DNA of 64,000 nucleotides from Candidatus Nomurabacteria bacterium (GTDB taxonomy: Bacteria; Patescibacteriota; Patescibacteriia; HK-STAS-PATE-3), in assembly GCA_023898465.1 (NCBI GenBank), contig CP060223.1, positions 224,001-288,000 of the forward strand. Direction: 5' to 3'. A model generated the notes under the pieces. The model ran no database searches. It was not told where the DNA came from and worked only from the letters and a program-made list of their open reading frames with translations. This document shows positions 12,591 to 22,144 of the stretch, piece after piece; within the stretch, counting starts at the first letter, position 1; every line of letters begins with the position of its first letter. A program made the position numbers and the translations under genes.

Positions 12591-12667
12591 TGGTCGGGGT
12601 GGCGGGACTTGAACCCACGACCTCATGCACCCCATGCATGCGCGCTAGCCAACTGCGCCACACCCCG
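12591..12667 (-). tRNA. tRNA-Pro (anticodon GGG)
   Basis: The reverse complement folds as a cloverleaf: acceptor CGGGGTG/CACCCCG, D-stem GCGC/GCGC, anticodon stem CATGC/GCATG with loop ATGGGGT, T-arm GTGGG-TTCAAGT-CCCGC, discriminator A and an encoded CCA. Confidence 0.9.
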
Positions 12668-12742
12668 ACGGCGGCATAACCTTAGCACCTAGGGGAATGT
12701 CTCGTAAAGCGCTATACTGAGCTTGTAATAGGGTATGGGTAT

Positions 12743-13348
12743 ATGCGCATTCGTCAATGGATAATTGGCATTCTCGTGCTCGCCACTGGACTGACAGTGT
12801 CTATTCAAGCTGGTAACTTTGTGTCGAATCATTGGGCTACTCATCCCAGCGTGCATGACATTGTGCTTGAGCATATTCCTTATGTGAATTTATTTTTTAT
12901 AGGCGAGATGTTGTACTGGCTAGTGCTGGCTACATATTTGCTTTTGTATATTCGTTATCAACGCGCACAGATTCCTTACATTCTTTGCTTGGTCGGCATC
13001 TATTATCTCTTGCGTTCTCTCTTCCTTATTCTTTTACCCATTGGTCATCCGTTTAGTGCGCCAGAGTATGGAGAACGCTGGAGTGCCTATCCGCAATTTG
13101 CTTATTTTCCCAGCGGTCACCTTGGCTTCCTCACCATCATCACGCTTGGCTTAGGGCCGATTCGTTTTCACCGTTGGTTTTGGTTGCTCGTACTTTTCTT
13201 TGGTGTAGGCATGATCGTCACGCGGGCACATTACACTGTGGATATACTTGGAGCAGTGGTTATTGCGTATGCCGTGTACGCGTTTGCGGAACAACATTTA
13301 CGTTCGCGTTGGTTTGCAAAAAACACTCAGCCGGCGCTGGGCAAATAA
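12743..13348 (+). CDS. PAP2-superfamily membrane protein (phosphatidic-acid-phosphatase-like)
   Basis: Six hydrophobic segments with PSGH and RAHYTVD motifs, matching PAP2 motifs 2 and 3. Confidence 0.6.
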   Translation: MRIRQWIIGILVLATGLTVSIQAGNFVSNHWATHPSVHDIVLEHIPYVNLFFIGEMLYWLVLATYLLLYIRYQRAQIPYILCLVGIYYLLRSLFLILLPIGHPFSAPEYGERWSAYPQFAYFPSGHLGFLTIITLGLGPIRFHRWFWLLVLFFGVGMIVTRAHYTVDILGAVVIAYAVYAFAEQHLRSRWFAKNTQPALGK

Positions 13349-13361
13349 TTTTTCCTAGTGC

Positions 13362-14024
13362 TTATCTCAACCCTTCACTAAGCACCGCGTCTAAATCCCA
13401 ACGCACTCGGCGACGCTCTGGCTTGGCAAAAATATATTCAAAAACTTTTTGCATAAATCCAAACACTGCAGATCTCAATGAAAAGTCAGTTGGGCCAAGG
13501 AGTTTTTCACGCTCGCTGTTATTCAGTGGTCGGGCGCCAGCACTTTGTCTCAGCTCATCAAAGGCCTCATCGCCAATTTTTTGGTGTAAGGCATCCATAA
13601 AGCGGCGGAGCAATTTTCTTGCCCGCGCATAATCACGCAGATTCCAATCAGGGTTAAAAAAGAGCGAGAGGGTGCGCACGGCATGCTCCTCATTTGTCAT
13701 ACCCTGATGTACTGCCAGGTCTTGAATAAGGTGGATAGCAAAACCCAGCCAGACTAATCGCTCAGAGCTAGGGCTGTGTTGTATTTGCGCTATGTATTCT
13801 TTTAGCTGCGCACTGGTTGCTTGAGAGGCGAGCTTCGGGTCGGTAGGTTCGCCGTACTCAGTAGTACTCGGAGTTGCTGCATTTGGGATGCATTTATTCC
13901 AGCGGTGCCAATCAGTCCACTGGGCACTTTGGCCTAGGATGCCAGCAGTTTCTTTGCTAAAGCCGTATTCACGCGCTACAGCCATTGCTTGTCGTTTATG
14001 GAGGTAGGGGATCATGTTCTCCAT
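13362..14024 (-). CDS. hypothetical protein
   Basis: 220-aa ORF. It contains HLIQDLAVHQGMTNEEH (an H-x3-D...H pattern) but I cannot assign a family. Confidence 0.5.
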   Translation of the reverse strand: MENMIPYLHKRQAMAVAREYGFSKETAGILGQSAQWTDWHRWNKCIPNAATPSTTEYGEPTDPKLASQATSAQLKEYIAQIQHSPSSERLVWLGFAIHLIQDLAVHQGMTNEEHAVRTLSLFFNPDWNLRDYARARKLLRRFMDALHQKIGDEAFDELRQSAGARPLNNSEREKLLGPTDFSLRSAVFGFMQKVFEYIFAKPERRRVRWDLDAVLSEGLR

Positions 14025-14071
14025 AGTAGCCTGAAAAACTGAGTAAAGCGAATGGATATACTTGACAAATT

Positions 14072-14100
14072 ATATAATTAGTAGTATAATACTCAGTTCT
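14072..14100 (+). promoter_or_regulatory. consensus sigma70-type promoter (TTGACA - 17 nt - TATAAT) reading into the GC-rich islet
   Basis: Exact -35 TTGACA and -10 TATAAT with a 17-nt spacer. A second TTGACA lies about 35 nt downstream. Confidence 0.5.
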
Positions 14101-14265
14101 ACGCTAAAAATAGCGAAATTTGTCAAGCGTATGAACCCCCTCCGTATTGGCCTCGGACAAAATCGAGGTCAGTGCGGAGGGGCGCACATTGAGAATTCAT
14201 CTCGTGTATGTTACTCCGGCTTGCTTCGACGGAAGTAGGTCTAGACCAAACGTTTGGGGGAAGAA

Positions 14266-15516
14266 ATGCAAAGCAAGGGTTTCTGGTTCACGTTGATCAT
14301 GACCAGCTTGGTCATGTTGCTTCTCTCCGCGGCTATGGCGCAAGCCACGTCGCAACCGATGATTCCGAGGAGCCTCCTGGCAACCCCTTGGCACACTGCC
14401 GAGGACGCGAGTGGCGATCTCATCGTCACTACCCAGGATTCCGACATCAACGGTATCTGGTCTTCGTCTCACGCAGACTCGTCTGCCGAGGCCGTGGCTA
14501 TGTGGGCGGACATCGTCGCCTACAACAAGCAGCATGGAATGACTGGGAAGGACTTCACCCGGATGATTCCGGGCGAGACCACCTACCGTGTGCCTGTCTG
14601 GCGGGCGGAGCAGTTCAAAGCGTGGTACAAGTCTCGCAACAACGTGCCGACGGCCACGTCTGCAATCGAGTCTGCTCCGGAATCGACCAACCCTGGTCGC
14701 GGATTCCCAGGCTTCCTCGGCGGTCTACTGGCTGCTGGAGCTCTGGTCGGTGCGACTACTCTCGGAACCCGGCAACGGAGGCGCTTGCTTCAACCGTCCA
14801 ACGCAAACCCGATGCGGCAAAGCCCGCTCGAGAATGTCGAGGACGCGGCGACAGAGGTTCGGGAGCAGATCCTGGCCTTCAGTCGTCTCAACCCCACGTC
14901 TCCGGAATCTCTGGTGAATCCGGAGGAATGGACCATCGTCAGCGCTGTCCGTGGCCTCGGTAACGGGGCGGTCGAGTCCCACTTCAGCAACGGTTCCACG
15001 AGGAAGGAGAACTTCCACAACGAGCCGTGCTACGAAGTGACGGCGCGCAACACTTCGGGTGAGGAGCGCAAGTTCTACATCCGGATCAAGTGCGCGAACC
15101 AGCTCACCGGCCTGACGGGTCAGTTCGGGCTCGACGACTTCACCTTCACTCCTGGAGGCGATGCAGTCGAGCTGAACATGCCTTTCGTACCCGCCGCTGA
15201 CCCCACCCCCGCCACCACTGCTACCGCTGACTCGACTCCGGCTGCTACTTCGACCGAAAGCGCTCCTGCGCCGACGGACGAAGCTGCTCCGACCGAGGCT
15301 GCTCAGGTTCCGGCCGAGACCGAGGCAGATCTTGACCTGGTCAAGATCGAGGCTCTGGGCGAGGGTCAGTTCCGGATCACGCGATCTGGACAGCCCCTCG
15401 AAGTGAATGGTGACTACATCACCATTACTAGCTGGAAGGGCTTCAGCTTCTTTCATCGGGGGAATGAGACCCTGGTGATTCCGCCGAAGTCCACCGACAC
15501 CACCCCGCAGGCCTAA
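14266..15516 (+). CDS. secreted protein with Thr/Pro/Ala-rich linker (G+C-rich gene, probably horizontally acquired)
   Basis: Signal peptide MQSKGFWFTLIMTSLVMLLLSAAMAQA|TS. The low-complexity linker PTPATTATADSTPAATSTESAPAPTDEAAPTEAA is typical of high-GC Gram-positive secreted proteins. Codon usage is G/C-rich, unlike the flanking sequence. Confidence 0.6.
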   Translation: MQSKGFWFTLIMTSLVMLLLSAAMAQATSQPMIPRSLLATPWHTAEDASGDLIVTTQDSDINGIWSSSHADSSAEAVAMWADIVAYNKQHGMTGKDFTRMIPGETTYRVPVWRAEQFKAWYKSRNNVPTATSAIESAPESTNPGRGFPGFLGGLLAAGALVGATTLGTRQRRRLLQPSNANPMRQSPLENVEDAATEVREQILAFSRLNPTSPESLVNPEEWTIVSAVRGLGNGAVESHFSNGSTRKENFHNEPCYEVTARNTSGEERKFYIRIKCANQLTGLTGQFGLDDFTFTPGGDAVELNMPFVPAADPTPATTATADSTPAATSTESAPAPTDEAAPTEAAQVPAETEADLDLVKIEALGEGQFRITRSGQPLEVNGDYITITSWKGFSFFHRGNETLVIPPKSTDTTPQA

Positions 15517-15550
15517 GAGCCTAGCGGACACGAGATGAACCCGAGCCCCG

Positions 15551-15592
15551 TTTGCTACATGCAGCGGGGCTCTTTTCTTTGCTATACTGTAC
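15551..15592 (+). terminator. intrinsic terminator (gagccccg-...-cggggctc + TTTTCTTTG)
   Basis: GC-rich hairpin followed by a T-tract directly 3' of the secreted-protein gene. Confidence 0.6.
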
Positions 15593-15619
15593 ATAGACGT
15601 GCTTACACAGGAGGGAGTC

Positions 15620-15904
15620 ATGTCAGACGCTCATTGCAACGGTACTGCACAGGGAGTTCCTGAGATTCGCGAGGTGCAGATTGGACTTCACGAAGGGGTG
15701 GTACGTGCGCATCTGCTGCACGGGACTGGTCCTTTTGATCATGTAGAGCTCAAGGATGCCGGTAACTGCCTCTTGGTGACCGCTGATGGCACCGTGCTAT
15801 CGCTCACGCTTGCTTCGGAGACCATCATGGCTGCTACCTGGCATGGGCGACTTCAATCAGTGCAGGAAGCTGCTGAACGAGGTAGCGATGTGCCGCAGCA
15901 GTGA
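15620..15904 (+). CDS. hypothetical small protein (G+C-rich)
   Basis: ATG at 15620 is preceded by GGAGGGAG. The 94-aa protein begins MSDAHCNG. No family recognised. Confidence 0.4.
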   Translation: MSDAHCNGTAQGVPEIREVQIGLHEGVVRAHLLHGTGPFDHVELKDAGNCLLVTADGTVLSLTLASETIMAATWHGRLQSVQEAAERGSDVPQQ

Positions 15905-16029
15905 GACAAACACAATCAATATCCCACCTGCCTAGGTTTCATTACGAGACATGGGCAGGTTTCACATGTTGACAGCTTTTAGGGGATTCTCTAGAATCGA
16001 ACAGTCTTACTGGCTAAATAGAAAAACAC

Positions 16030-16344
16030 ATGCGCGAAAGCGAAGGATTCTCCCCAGAATTTATGGAAAACGAAAGCGACAGTGCGATGAGCGCTGAAGC
16101 GGCCGAAGCAAATTTCATTGATGAGGGAGCCCAACAGTGCGTGGTGATTGAGCCAGGCAATATTGACGTACAAACTGTCACCCAATTTGCCACAGAGCAG
16201 GGAGCGCTCATCGAGGACGAAGACGGTGGCAATCAGGATCGTTATGTGATTCGTTTCCCCGAGGGTGAACAGCAAGCGCTGACCTACGAGGAATTACGCG
16301 ACCAGATCGAAGTACATGCCCAGGAATGGGCCGAGGCAGCCTAG
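16030..16344 (+). CDS. hypothetical small acidic protein
   Basis: 104-aa, strongly acidic (E/D-rich) ORF preceded by a TTGACA-17-TAGAAT promoter at about 15969-15997. Confidence 0.45.
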   Translation: MRESEGFSPEFMENESDSAMSAEAAEANFIDEGAQQCVVIEPGNIDVQTVTQFATEQGALIEDEDGGNQDRYVIRFPEGEQQALTYEELRDQIEVHAQEWAEAA

Positions 16345-16717
16345 CCTAAAGAACGCAGCTCTTGTGCCCTAATGAGCAAGAGTGCGCTTTTCTATTGGGC
16401 GAAGTTTTAGTACAATGCAAAAACCGGCGACATGTCTTGCCTAGTACCGGTCTTTCCACTTACGCTTTCTGCTTCTGGTTGTGGGTTCGGATGCAAGAAG
16501 TGCAAGCCTTTACGCGCTTGCCATCAACCAGCAAGGTCTGCAAATTCACATGCTGCTTGCGCTTCGTAGCGATATTTGAGTGGCTGCGGCTGACTGCATT
16601 CATAGCTCCTCGACCGCAGATTGTACATGTCCGTGCCATACTGGCCTTTCCTTATTTCCAACAAGTAGTAACGCACCATAGACTAGCAGTCGACCCTAGT
16701 CTGGTCAAGTCCTTCCT

Positions 16718-17344
16718 ATGATTCTCGACCTCCTTTTCACCGATCCAGCCATATTCCTCATCTACCTAGGGGCAATAATCGTGCCAATTGCTTTGCATGA
16801 GTTTGCGCACGCGTTATCAGCCACGATGCAGGGCGATCCAACCCCAAAGGCTATGGGACGCCTGACCTTCAACCCATTGGCGCATATTGACCCCATGGGC
16901 ATCCTGCTCCTCCTTATTGCGGGATTTGGATGGGGGAAGCCAACCCCATTTAACCCAATAAACCTTAAAAATCCGCGTTTGGGTACGGTTTGGGTGGCCT
17001 TAGCCGGTCCTTTGTCAAACCTTATCCAGATCATAGTTTTTGGTATTTTCTTGAAATTTGTAGCGTTTTTAGGGCCAAGCAACTACCTGGTGATTTTCTT
17101 AGCCGCCTTGTTACAAATTAATATTATTCTCATGCTCTTTAACCTTATTCCCATTCCGCCTTTGGATGGATCAAAAGTACTTTTTGGTTTTTTGCCTCCC
17201 TCTACCTTGGAATTTCAAGCAAGATTTGAGCGTATTGGGCCGCTGGTGTTGCTGGGGATTATTATCGTAGATCAGTTTACCGGAATTGGAGTCTTTCACT
17301 GGATATTTAGCGGAATAACCAACGCAATCTTTTCATTTTTTTAA
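16718..17344 (+). CDS. site-2-protease-like zinc metalloprotease (peptidase M50 family), membrane
   Basis: HEFAH (HExxH) lies within the first TM helix of a polytopic membrane protein, the typical M50/SpoIVFB-like architecture. Confidence 0.7.
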   Translation: MILDLLFTDPAIFLIYLGAIIVPIALHEFAHALSATMQGDPTPKAMGRLTFNPLAHIDPMGILLLLIAGFGWGKPTPFNPINLKNPRLGTVWVALAGPLSNLIQIIVFGIFLKFVAFLGPSNYLVIFLAALLQINIILMLFNLIPIPPLDGSKVLFGFLPPSTLEFQARFERIGPLVLLGIIIVDQFTGIGVFHWIFSGITNAIFSFF

Positions 17345-17490
17345 AGAAAAGCACCTGAAGCGCAAAAAAGCCTCGTCGGCTTGACGAAGTGCCATGCTCA
17401 TGGTACCGTGCTCGTCGTTACACCCGATTTTCCGGTTGCAGCAATGTACGCGACTTTGGAAGCCAATCTGGTGCTGAATGAAGAATTTTT

Positions 17491-17907
17491 ATGCCTACAA
17501 CTAGCCAACTTGTCCGCAAAGGACGCAAACGAGAGCAAACGAAGTCAAAGACTCCGGCGCTCGAAACTACCTTAAACGCCTTGAAGCGCAAACGCACCTA
17601 CCTGAAGAAGGGTAGTCCTTTTAAGCGTGGTGTATGCGTGAAGGTAACGACTACTACCCCTAAAAAGCCAAACTCAGCTTTGCGCAAAATTGCTCGTGTA
17701 CGTCTTTCGAACGGCATGGAAGTGACTGCGTACATCCCGGGCATGGGTCATAATCTCCAAGAACACTCTGTGGTATTGATTCGTGGCGGTCGTGTCAAAG
17801 ACCTTCCAGGTGTCCGTTATCACATCGTCCGTGGCGTCTATGACACCCAGGGAGTAGCTGAACGGAAGCAAAGCCGCAGTATTTATGGAGCTAAGAAAGG
17901 AAAATAA
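17491..17907 (+). CDS. rpsL: 30S ribosomal protein S12
   Basis: [12 protein letters not shown]...[10 protein letters not shown]...[28 protein letters not shown]. Confidence 0.95.
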   Translation: MPTTSQLVRKGRKREQTKSKTPALETTLNALKRKRTYLKKGSPFKRGVCVKVTTTTPKKPNSALRKIARVRLSNGMEVTAYIPGMGHNLQEHSVVLIRGGRVKDLPGVRYHIVRGVYDTQGVAERKQSRSIYGAKKGK

Positions 17908-18371
17908 TGCGAGGAAAGCGAGCACCAAAGCGTACCATTGCCCCTGACGCACGTTACCAAAACGTCATGTTGGCAAAGTTTATCAATTTGATTATGGAGC
18001 GCGGTAAGAAGAGCGTAGCTACTCGAATCGTCTACGGCGCTTTTGATGTGATTAAGGAAAAGACTGAGCAAGATCCTATCGAGGTATTTGATCTCGCTAT
18101 CCGCAATGTCGCTCCAGTATTAGAAGTGAAATCAAAACGCGTTGGTGGTGCAAACTACCAAGTGCCGATTGAAGTCCGTGGTGATCGCCGCATTGGTTTA
18201 GCTATGCGTTGGATTATCGCTGCCGCCCAAGGCAAAAAAGGACAGCCAATGCACGTGAAATTGGCCGAAGAGCTCATTGCTGGCTCCAAAAAAGAGGGTG
18301 AAGCCATGAAGAAGCGAGAAGATGTGCATCGCATGGCCGAAGCAAACCGCGCCTTCGCTCACTTCGCGTAG
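17907..18371 (+). CDS. rpsG: 30S ribosomal protein S7
   Basis: Conserved S7 sequence. Follows rpsL in the str operon. Confidence 0.95.
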   Translation: MRGKRAPKRTIAPDARYQNVMLAKFINLIMERGKKSVATRIVYGAFDVIKEKTEQDPIEVFDLAIRNVAPVLEVKSKRVGGANYQVPIEVRGDRRIGLAMRWIIAAAQGKKGQPMHVKLAEELIAGSKKEGEAMKKREDVHRMAEANRAFAHFA

Positions 18372-18462
18372 GGGAATGTCACATTTAAAAATGCACATTA
18401 CCCACTTGCATCTCTTGTAGATACTAGCCTTTTCAATTTTACCGCCTTAATTTTTTACCACC

Positions 18463-20550
18463 TTGCCACGAGAATATAGCCTAAATAACACCCGAAATAT
18501 TGGAATTATTGCGCACATTGACGCTGGTAAGACCACCGTGAGTGAGCGTATTTTGTATTACACCGGTAAGAAGCATAAAATCGGCGAGGTGCACGAGGGT
18601 GAAGCAGAAATGGACTGGATGGAGCAGGAGCGGGAACGTGGTATTACTATTACCGCTGCGGCTACCACCTGTTTCTGGAAAGACCATCGCATCAACATTA
18701 TCGATACCCCAGGTCACATTGACTTCACCGTAGAAGTACAGCGCTCTTTGCGCGTGCTTGATGGCGGTGTGGTGGTTTTTGATGGCGTGGCCGGTGTGGA
18801 ACCTCAGTCTGAAACTGTATGGAACCAAGCTGAGAAATTTGGCGTGCCTCGCATCTGTTTTGTGAACAAGATGGACCGCATGGGCGCAGATTTTTACAAA
18901 GACCTTGATTCAATTCATGAACGTCTTACCAAGAGCGCTCACCCGGTGCAGCTCCCAATTGGTGCTGCAGAAACCTTCCAAGGCATTATCGACCTCTTTA
19001 CCCGGACTGCTCGTGTATACACCGACGATATGGGTAAGGAATGGACAGATCAAGAAGTTCCGGAAGACATGAAAGAGCAGGTTGAGCAATATCGCAGCCA
19101 ACTCATTGAAGCAATTGTCGAGCACGATGAAGTATTGATGAATGCATACTTAGAAGGTAACGAACCTTCCATCGAAGATTTGCAAAAGACTCTCCGCAAA
19201 GCCTGCATTGCTAACCAATTAGTGCCGGTGCTTTGTGGCTCTGCTTTGAAGAACAAAGGCGTTCAGTTCTTAATGGATGCCGTAAACACGTACCTCCCAT
19301 CACCATTGGATGTGCCACCAGTGACCGGTACTGACCCGAAGACTGAACAGGAAGTGCAGCGAGAAACAGCTGATACTGCACCATTCTCAGCCTTAGCTTT
19401 CAAAATTGCTGCTGACCCATTTGTTGGTAAGCTTGCTTTCTTCCGTGTGTACTCTGGAATGATTAAGTCTGGCTCCTACATATACAATTCTACTACAGGA
19501 AATAAAGAGCGCATCGGTCGTATTGTTCGCTTGCACGCAAATCACCGAGAAGAAGTAGATGAGGTCTACGCCGGTGACATTGCCGCGGCCGTGGGATTAA
19601 AAGAAACAAAGACTGGTGACACGCTTTGCGATGAAGAGCACCCAATCGTGCTTGAATCCATTACCTTCCCAGCACCAGTTATCTCAGTGGCTATTGAGCC
19701 AAAAACCAAGGCTGACCAAGAAAAAATGGGTGTGGCGCTCGGTCGTTTGGCTGAAGAGGACCCAACTTTCCAGGTGAAATCTGACACTGAAACCGGTCAA
19801 ACCATTATTGCTGGTATGGGTGAACTTCACCTTGACATTATTGTCGATCGCATGAAGCGCGAGTTTAAAGTAGAAGCAAATGTTGGTAAGCCGCAGGTTG
19901 CCTACCGCGAAACCGTTACTGCCATGGCCGAGGGTGAAGGTAAATACATCCGTCAGTCAGGTGGACGCGGACAATATGGTCACTGTAAATTACGCGTCGA
20001 GCCTTTGGAACGCGGTACCGGCGTTGAGTTTGTTGACGCAGTAAAGGGCGGTAATATTCCTCGAGAGTACATCCCAGCTATTGAAAAAGGTATTCGCGAA
20101 GCGGCTGATAACGGTGTGTTGGCTGGTTATCCCTATGTTGACTTCCGAGCTACTGTACTTGATGGTAGTTATCACGAAGTCGACTCTTCAGAAGCGGCTT
20201 TCAAAATCGCTGGTTCTATGGGTTTGAAAGATGCCACTAAAAAGGCAAAGCCGGTTATTCTTGAGCCTGTTATGAAGATCGAAGTAGTAACTCCAGAAGA
20301 ATTCATGGGCGATGTGATTGGTGACCTGAACTCCAAGCGGGCAACTATTAAAGAAATGCGTGATCGAGCAAACACCAAAGTGATTGATGCTGATGTACCT
20401 TTGGCGGAAATGTTTGGCTATGCAACCGCACTTCGCTCCATGTCACAGGGCCGCGCTTCTTACTCTATGGAATTCTCACACTATGAGATTGTGCCACAGC
20501 ATGTTGCTGATACCATCATCGGTGAAAAGGCCAAAGCAAAAGCTGAATAG
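18463..20550 (+). CDS. fusA: elongation factor G
   Basis: GTPase motifs AHIDAGKTT and DTPGH, length 695 aa, EF-G domains III-V. Confidence 0.97.
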   Translation: MPREYSLNNTRNIGIIAHIDAGKTTVSERILYYTGKKHKIGEVHEGEAEMDWMEQERERGITITAAATTCFWKDHRINIIDTPGHIDFTVEVQRSLRVLDGGVVVFDGVAGVEPQSETVWNQAEKFGVPRICFVNKMDRMGADFYKDLDSIHERLTKSAHPVQLPIGAAETFQGIIDLFTRTARVYTDDMGKEWTDQEVPEDMKEQVEQYRSQLIEAIVEHDEVLMNAYLEGNEPSIEDLQKTLRKACIANQLVPVLCGSALKNKGVQFLMDAVNTYLPSPLDVPPVTGTDPKTEQEVQRETADTAPFSALAFKIAADPFVGKLAFFRVYSGMIKSGSYIYNSTTGNKERIGRIVRLHANHREEVDEVYAGDIAAAVGLKETKTGDTLCDEEHPIVLESITFPAPVISVAIEPKTKADQEKMGVALGRLAEEDPTFQVKSDTETGQTIIAGMGELHLDIIVDRMKREFKVEANVGKPQVAYRETVTAMAEGEGKYIRQSGGRGQYGHCKLRVEPLERGTGVEFVDAVKGGNIPREYIPAIEKGIREAADNGVLAGYPYVDFRATVLDGSYHEVDSSEAAFKIAGSMGLKDATKKAKPVILEPVMKIEVVTPEEFMGDVIGDLNSKRATIKEMRDRANTKVIDADVPLAEMFGYATALRSMSQGRASYSMEFSHYEIVPQHVADTIIGEKAKAKAE

Positions 20551-20626
20551 GTAAAGAAATACTTAAGAAAATATGAAGCGTTCGTGATGGACAATCACGG
20601 GCGCTTTTGGTTATAGTGATGACGGT

Positions 20627-21961
20627 ATGAAAAAGCAACTCGGGCCCCTGAGGTCACAAGGCGCAGCCCAGCGCGGTAACATACGGATTTTTGGTACCGT
20701 GCTTTTTGTTGTAGTGACTATCGCAATGAGCGTTCTTTTACTACGGTTGCCAGAAAAAAAGAATGGCAAAATTGCTGACTTGCCCTTTACTCCAGCTGAA
20801 AGAGTTGCCACACAGCCTCAAGAAGTGTTAGGAGCAAGTGATTTACCAGCAGGCAAGATAGTGCTTGCGCAACGAAGCGTTGTGGCAATTGACGGACAGG
20901 GCAATAATGCTTACCAATACGCCTTCTTTCTCAGCGATTTTACTGGGCAGCATCGTTTTACTTTTGCAAAAAGAGACGACCTACTTTACGAGGCAATGCA
21001 AGTTGTCGGCGGCGCATATTTAGCTGTATACGACGACAGCGGAGTGGGCACTAAAGACGTGTTCCGCTTTGATGGACAAGATCCATCATCCACCTTTGTT
21101 CCTCCATATCAGCCTGAAGGCGCTCTTTTTAGCGAGGATGGAAGCCAAATGGCATATGTGGAGAGTGATGAAATAGGTGATATGACGGTTATCGTGCGGA
21201 ATATGTCCACAAATGAGGTAGAGGAGTATGCCTCATCTGCGTTTTCCACAGACCCTGACGCTTCGCTGCTCCTCCAACCTTTAGCCTTTAGTATGGATAA
21301 TCAGGAGCTTTACATTGAGGCGATGCAGGATATTGGGCTCACTACTTCGCCCTATGTGCTTTATCGGGTCCAACTGTCTGATGCGTCAGTCACAACTGTA
21401 TTTCAGCAGGGTGAAGATGAGGTCAATACGCATTTTAAGCAGTTAGTAGGCCTTTTTTCCGATATGAATATGGCACTTTTTGAATCCCTCGATTATGGGG
21501 CTGCCAGTACGGCAATTGATAATGTGAATGTAAAAACCACTTTTACGACGCTCGATTTGACTACATTGGAGCAAAATGAATGGTTTCAGTATGAAAATGT
21601 AGCCTCACCCCTTGCGCACCAATACGCTTCTTTGAGTCCGGATCGGCAGTGGCTAGCCTTGGAATCGCTTGATCAGACAAATCCAGGAGTACTTCTTTGG
21701 AATACCGAGGATAAGTCATTCCGACGCTTAACAGCTACTGGTTCCTTCTTAGCCTGGAGTCCAGATAGTCGCTTTGTACTGACCGAGCAGGTGACTTTTG
21801 ATAATTCCGGGGCCTACACCTTGAGCTCAATTGACTTACAGAGCGGTAAGGAATATGTGATTTTTCAGCAAAGTGACCTAAGTGAAGGCACGGGTTTGAA
21901 TCAAATAGGCGATAGCTTTAGCTTGTTCTTGGGTATTGCCAGTGACTTATCCACAATCTAG
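20627..21961 (+). CDS. membrane-anchored protein with PD40/TolB-like beta-propeller repeats
   Basis: N-terminal TM helix (IRIFGTVLFVVVTIAMSVLLL). Repeated (L/W)SPD(R/S)..(L/V)... blades (LSPDRQWLALES, WSPDSRFVLTE). Confidence 0.55.
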   Translation: MKKQLGPLRSQGAAQRGNIRIFGTVLFVVVTIAMSVLLLRLPEKKNGKIADLPFTPAERVATQPQEVLGASDLPAGKIVLAQRSVVAIDGQGNNAYQYAFFLSDFTGQHRFTFAKRDDLLYEAMQVVGGAYLAVYDDSGVGTKDVFRFDGQDPSSTFVPPYQPEGALFSEDGSQMAYVESDEIGDMTVIVRNMSTNEVEEYASSAFSTDPDASLLLQPLAFSMDNQELYIEAMQDIGLTTSPYVLYRVQLSDASVTTVFQQGEDEVNTHFKQLVGLFSDMNMALFESLDYGAASTAIDNVNVKTTFTTLDLTTLEQNEWFQYENVASPLAHQYASLSPDRQWLALESLDQTNPGVLLWNTEDKSFRRLTATGSFLAWSPDSRFVLTEQVTFDNSGAYTLSSIDLQSGKEYVIFQQSDLSEGTGLNQIGDSFSLFLGIASDLSTI

Positions 21962-22069
21962 GTTTTTGGATAAAAGACTGCTAAAAACTTAATTTGGCTA
22001 ATATTAGCAAAATTTATTTTATCTTGAAAAACTAGGCCTAAACCCTTGCCAGGACAAAACAAGCCTGCT

Positions 22070-22098
22070 ATACTCGCCAGTGCATTCTGTCAAAGAAT
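22070..22098 (+). promoter_or_regulatory. putative sigma70 promoter (TTGCCA-17-TATACT) followed by the palindrome gcattctgtcaaagaatgc upstream of tuf
   Basis: Both hexamers and the spacing are seen in the sequence. A perfect inverted repeat lies 8 nt downstream. Confidence 0.4.
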
Positions 22099-22144
22099 GC
22101 GCCAATAATCATTGAATTTAATTGCAAATTAATCTCTAGAGAAC

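Noticed and set aside
14208-15621. Multiple long overlapping ORFs on both strands (14208-14963 +, 14588-14917 +, 14725-15621 -, 14197-14535 -)
   Set aside because: These are typical shadow ORFs of a G+C-rich coding region. Their proteins are Arg/Gly/Pro-rich with no signal or motif. Only the 14266-15516 frame has a signal peptide, an RBS and a coherent domain structure.
16400-16470. RNase P RNA / tmRNA candidate
   Set aside because: There is only a one-mismatch, isolated resemblance to the P4 GGAAAGUCCGG element on the minus strand. The flanking GCUCC, the ACAGAACCCGGCUUA partner, and the tmRNA tRNA-like ends are all absent.
16362-16721. 119-aa ORF in the track (+ strand)
   Set aside because: It has no RBS and its composition is implausible: Cys/Trp/Phe-rich with runs like CKFTCCLRF. 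It lies in an intergenic-looking region, so I treat it as non-coding.
18481-20378. Antisense and alternate-frame ORFs inside fusA (e.g. 18481-18828 -, 19566-19787 -, 20172-20378 -)
   Set aside because: They are embedded in a highly conserved EF-G gene, so they are spurious.
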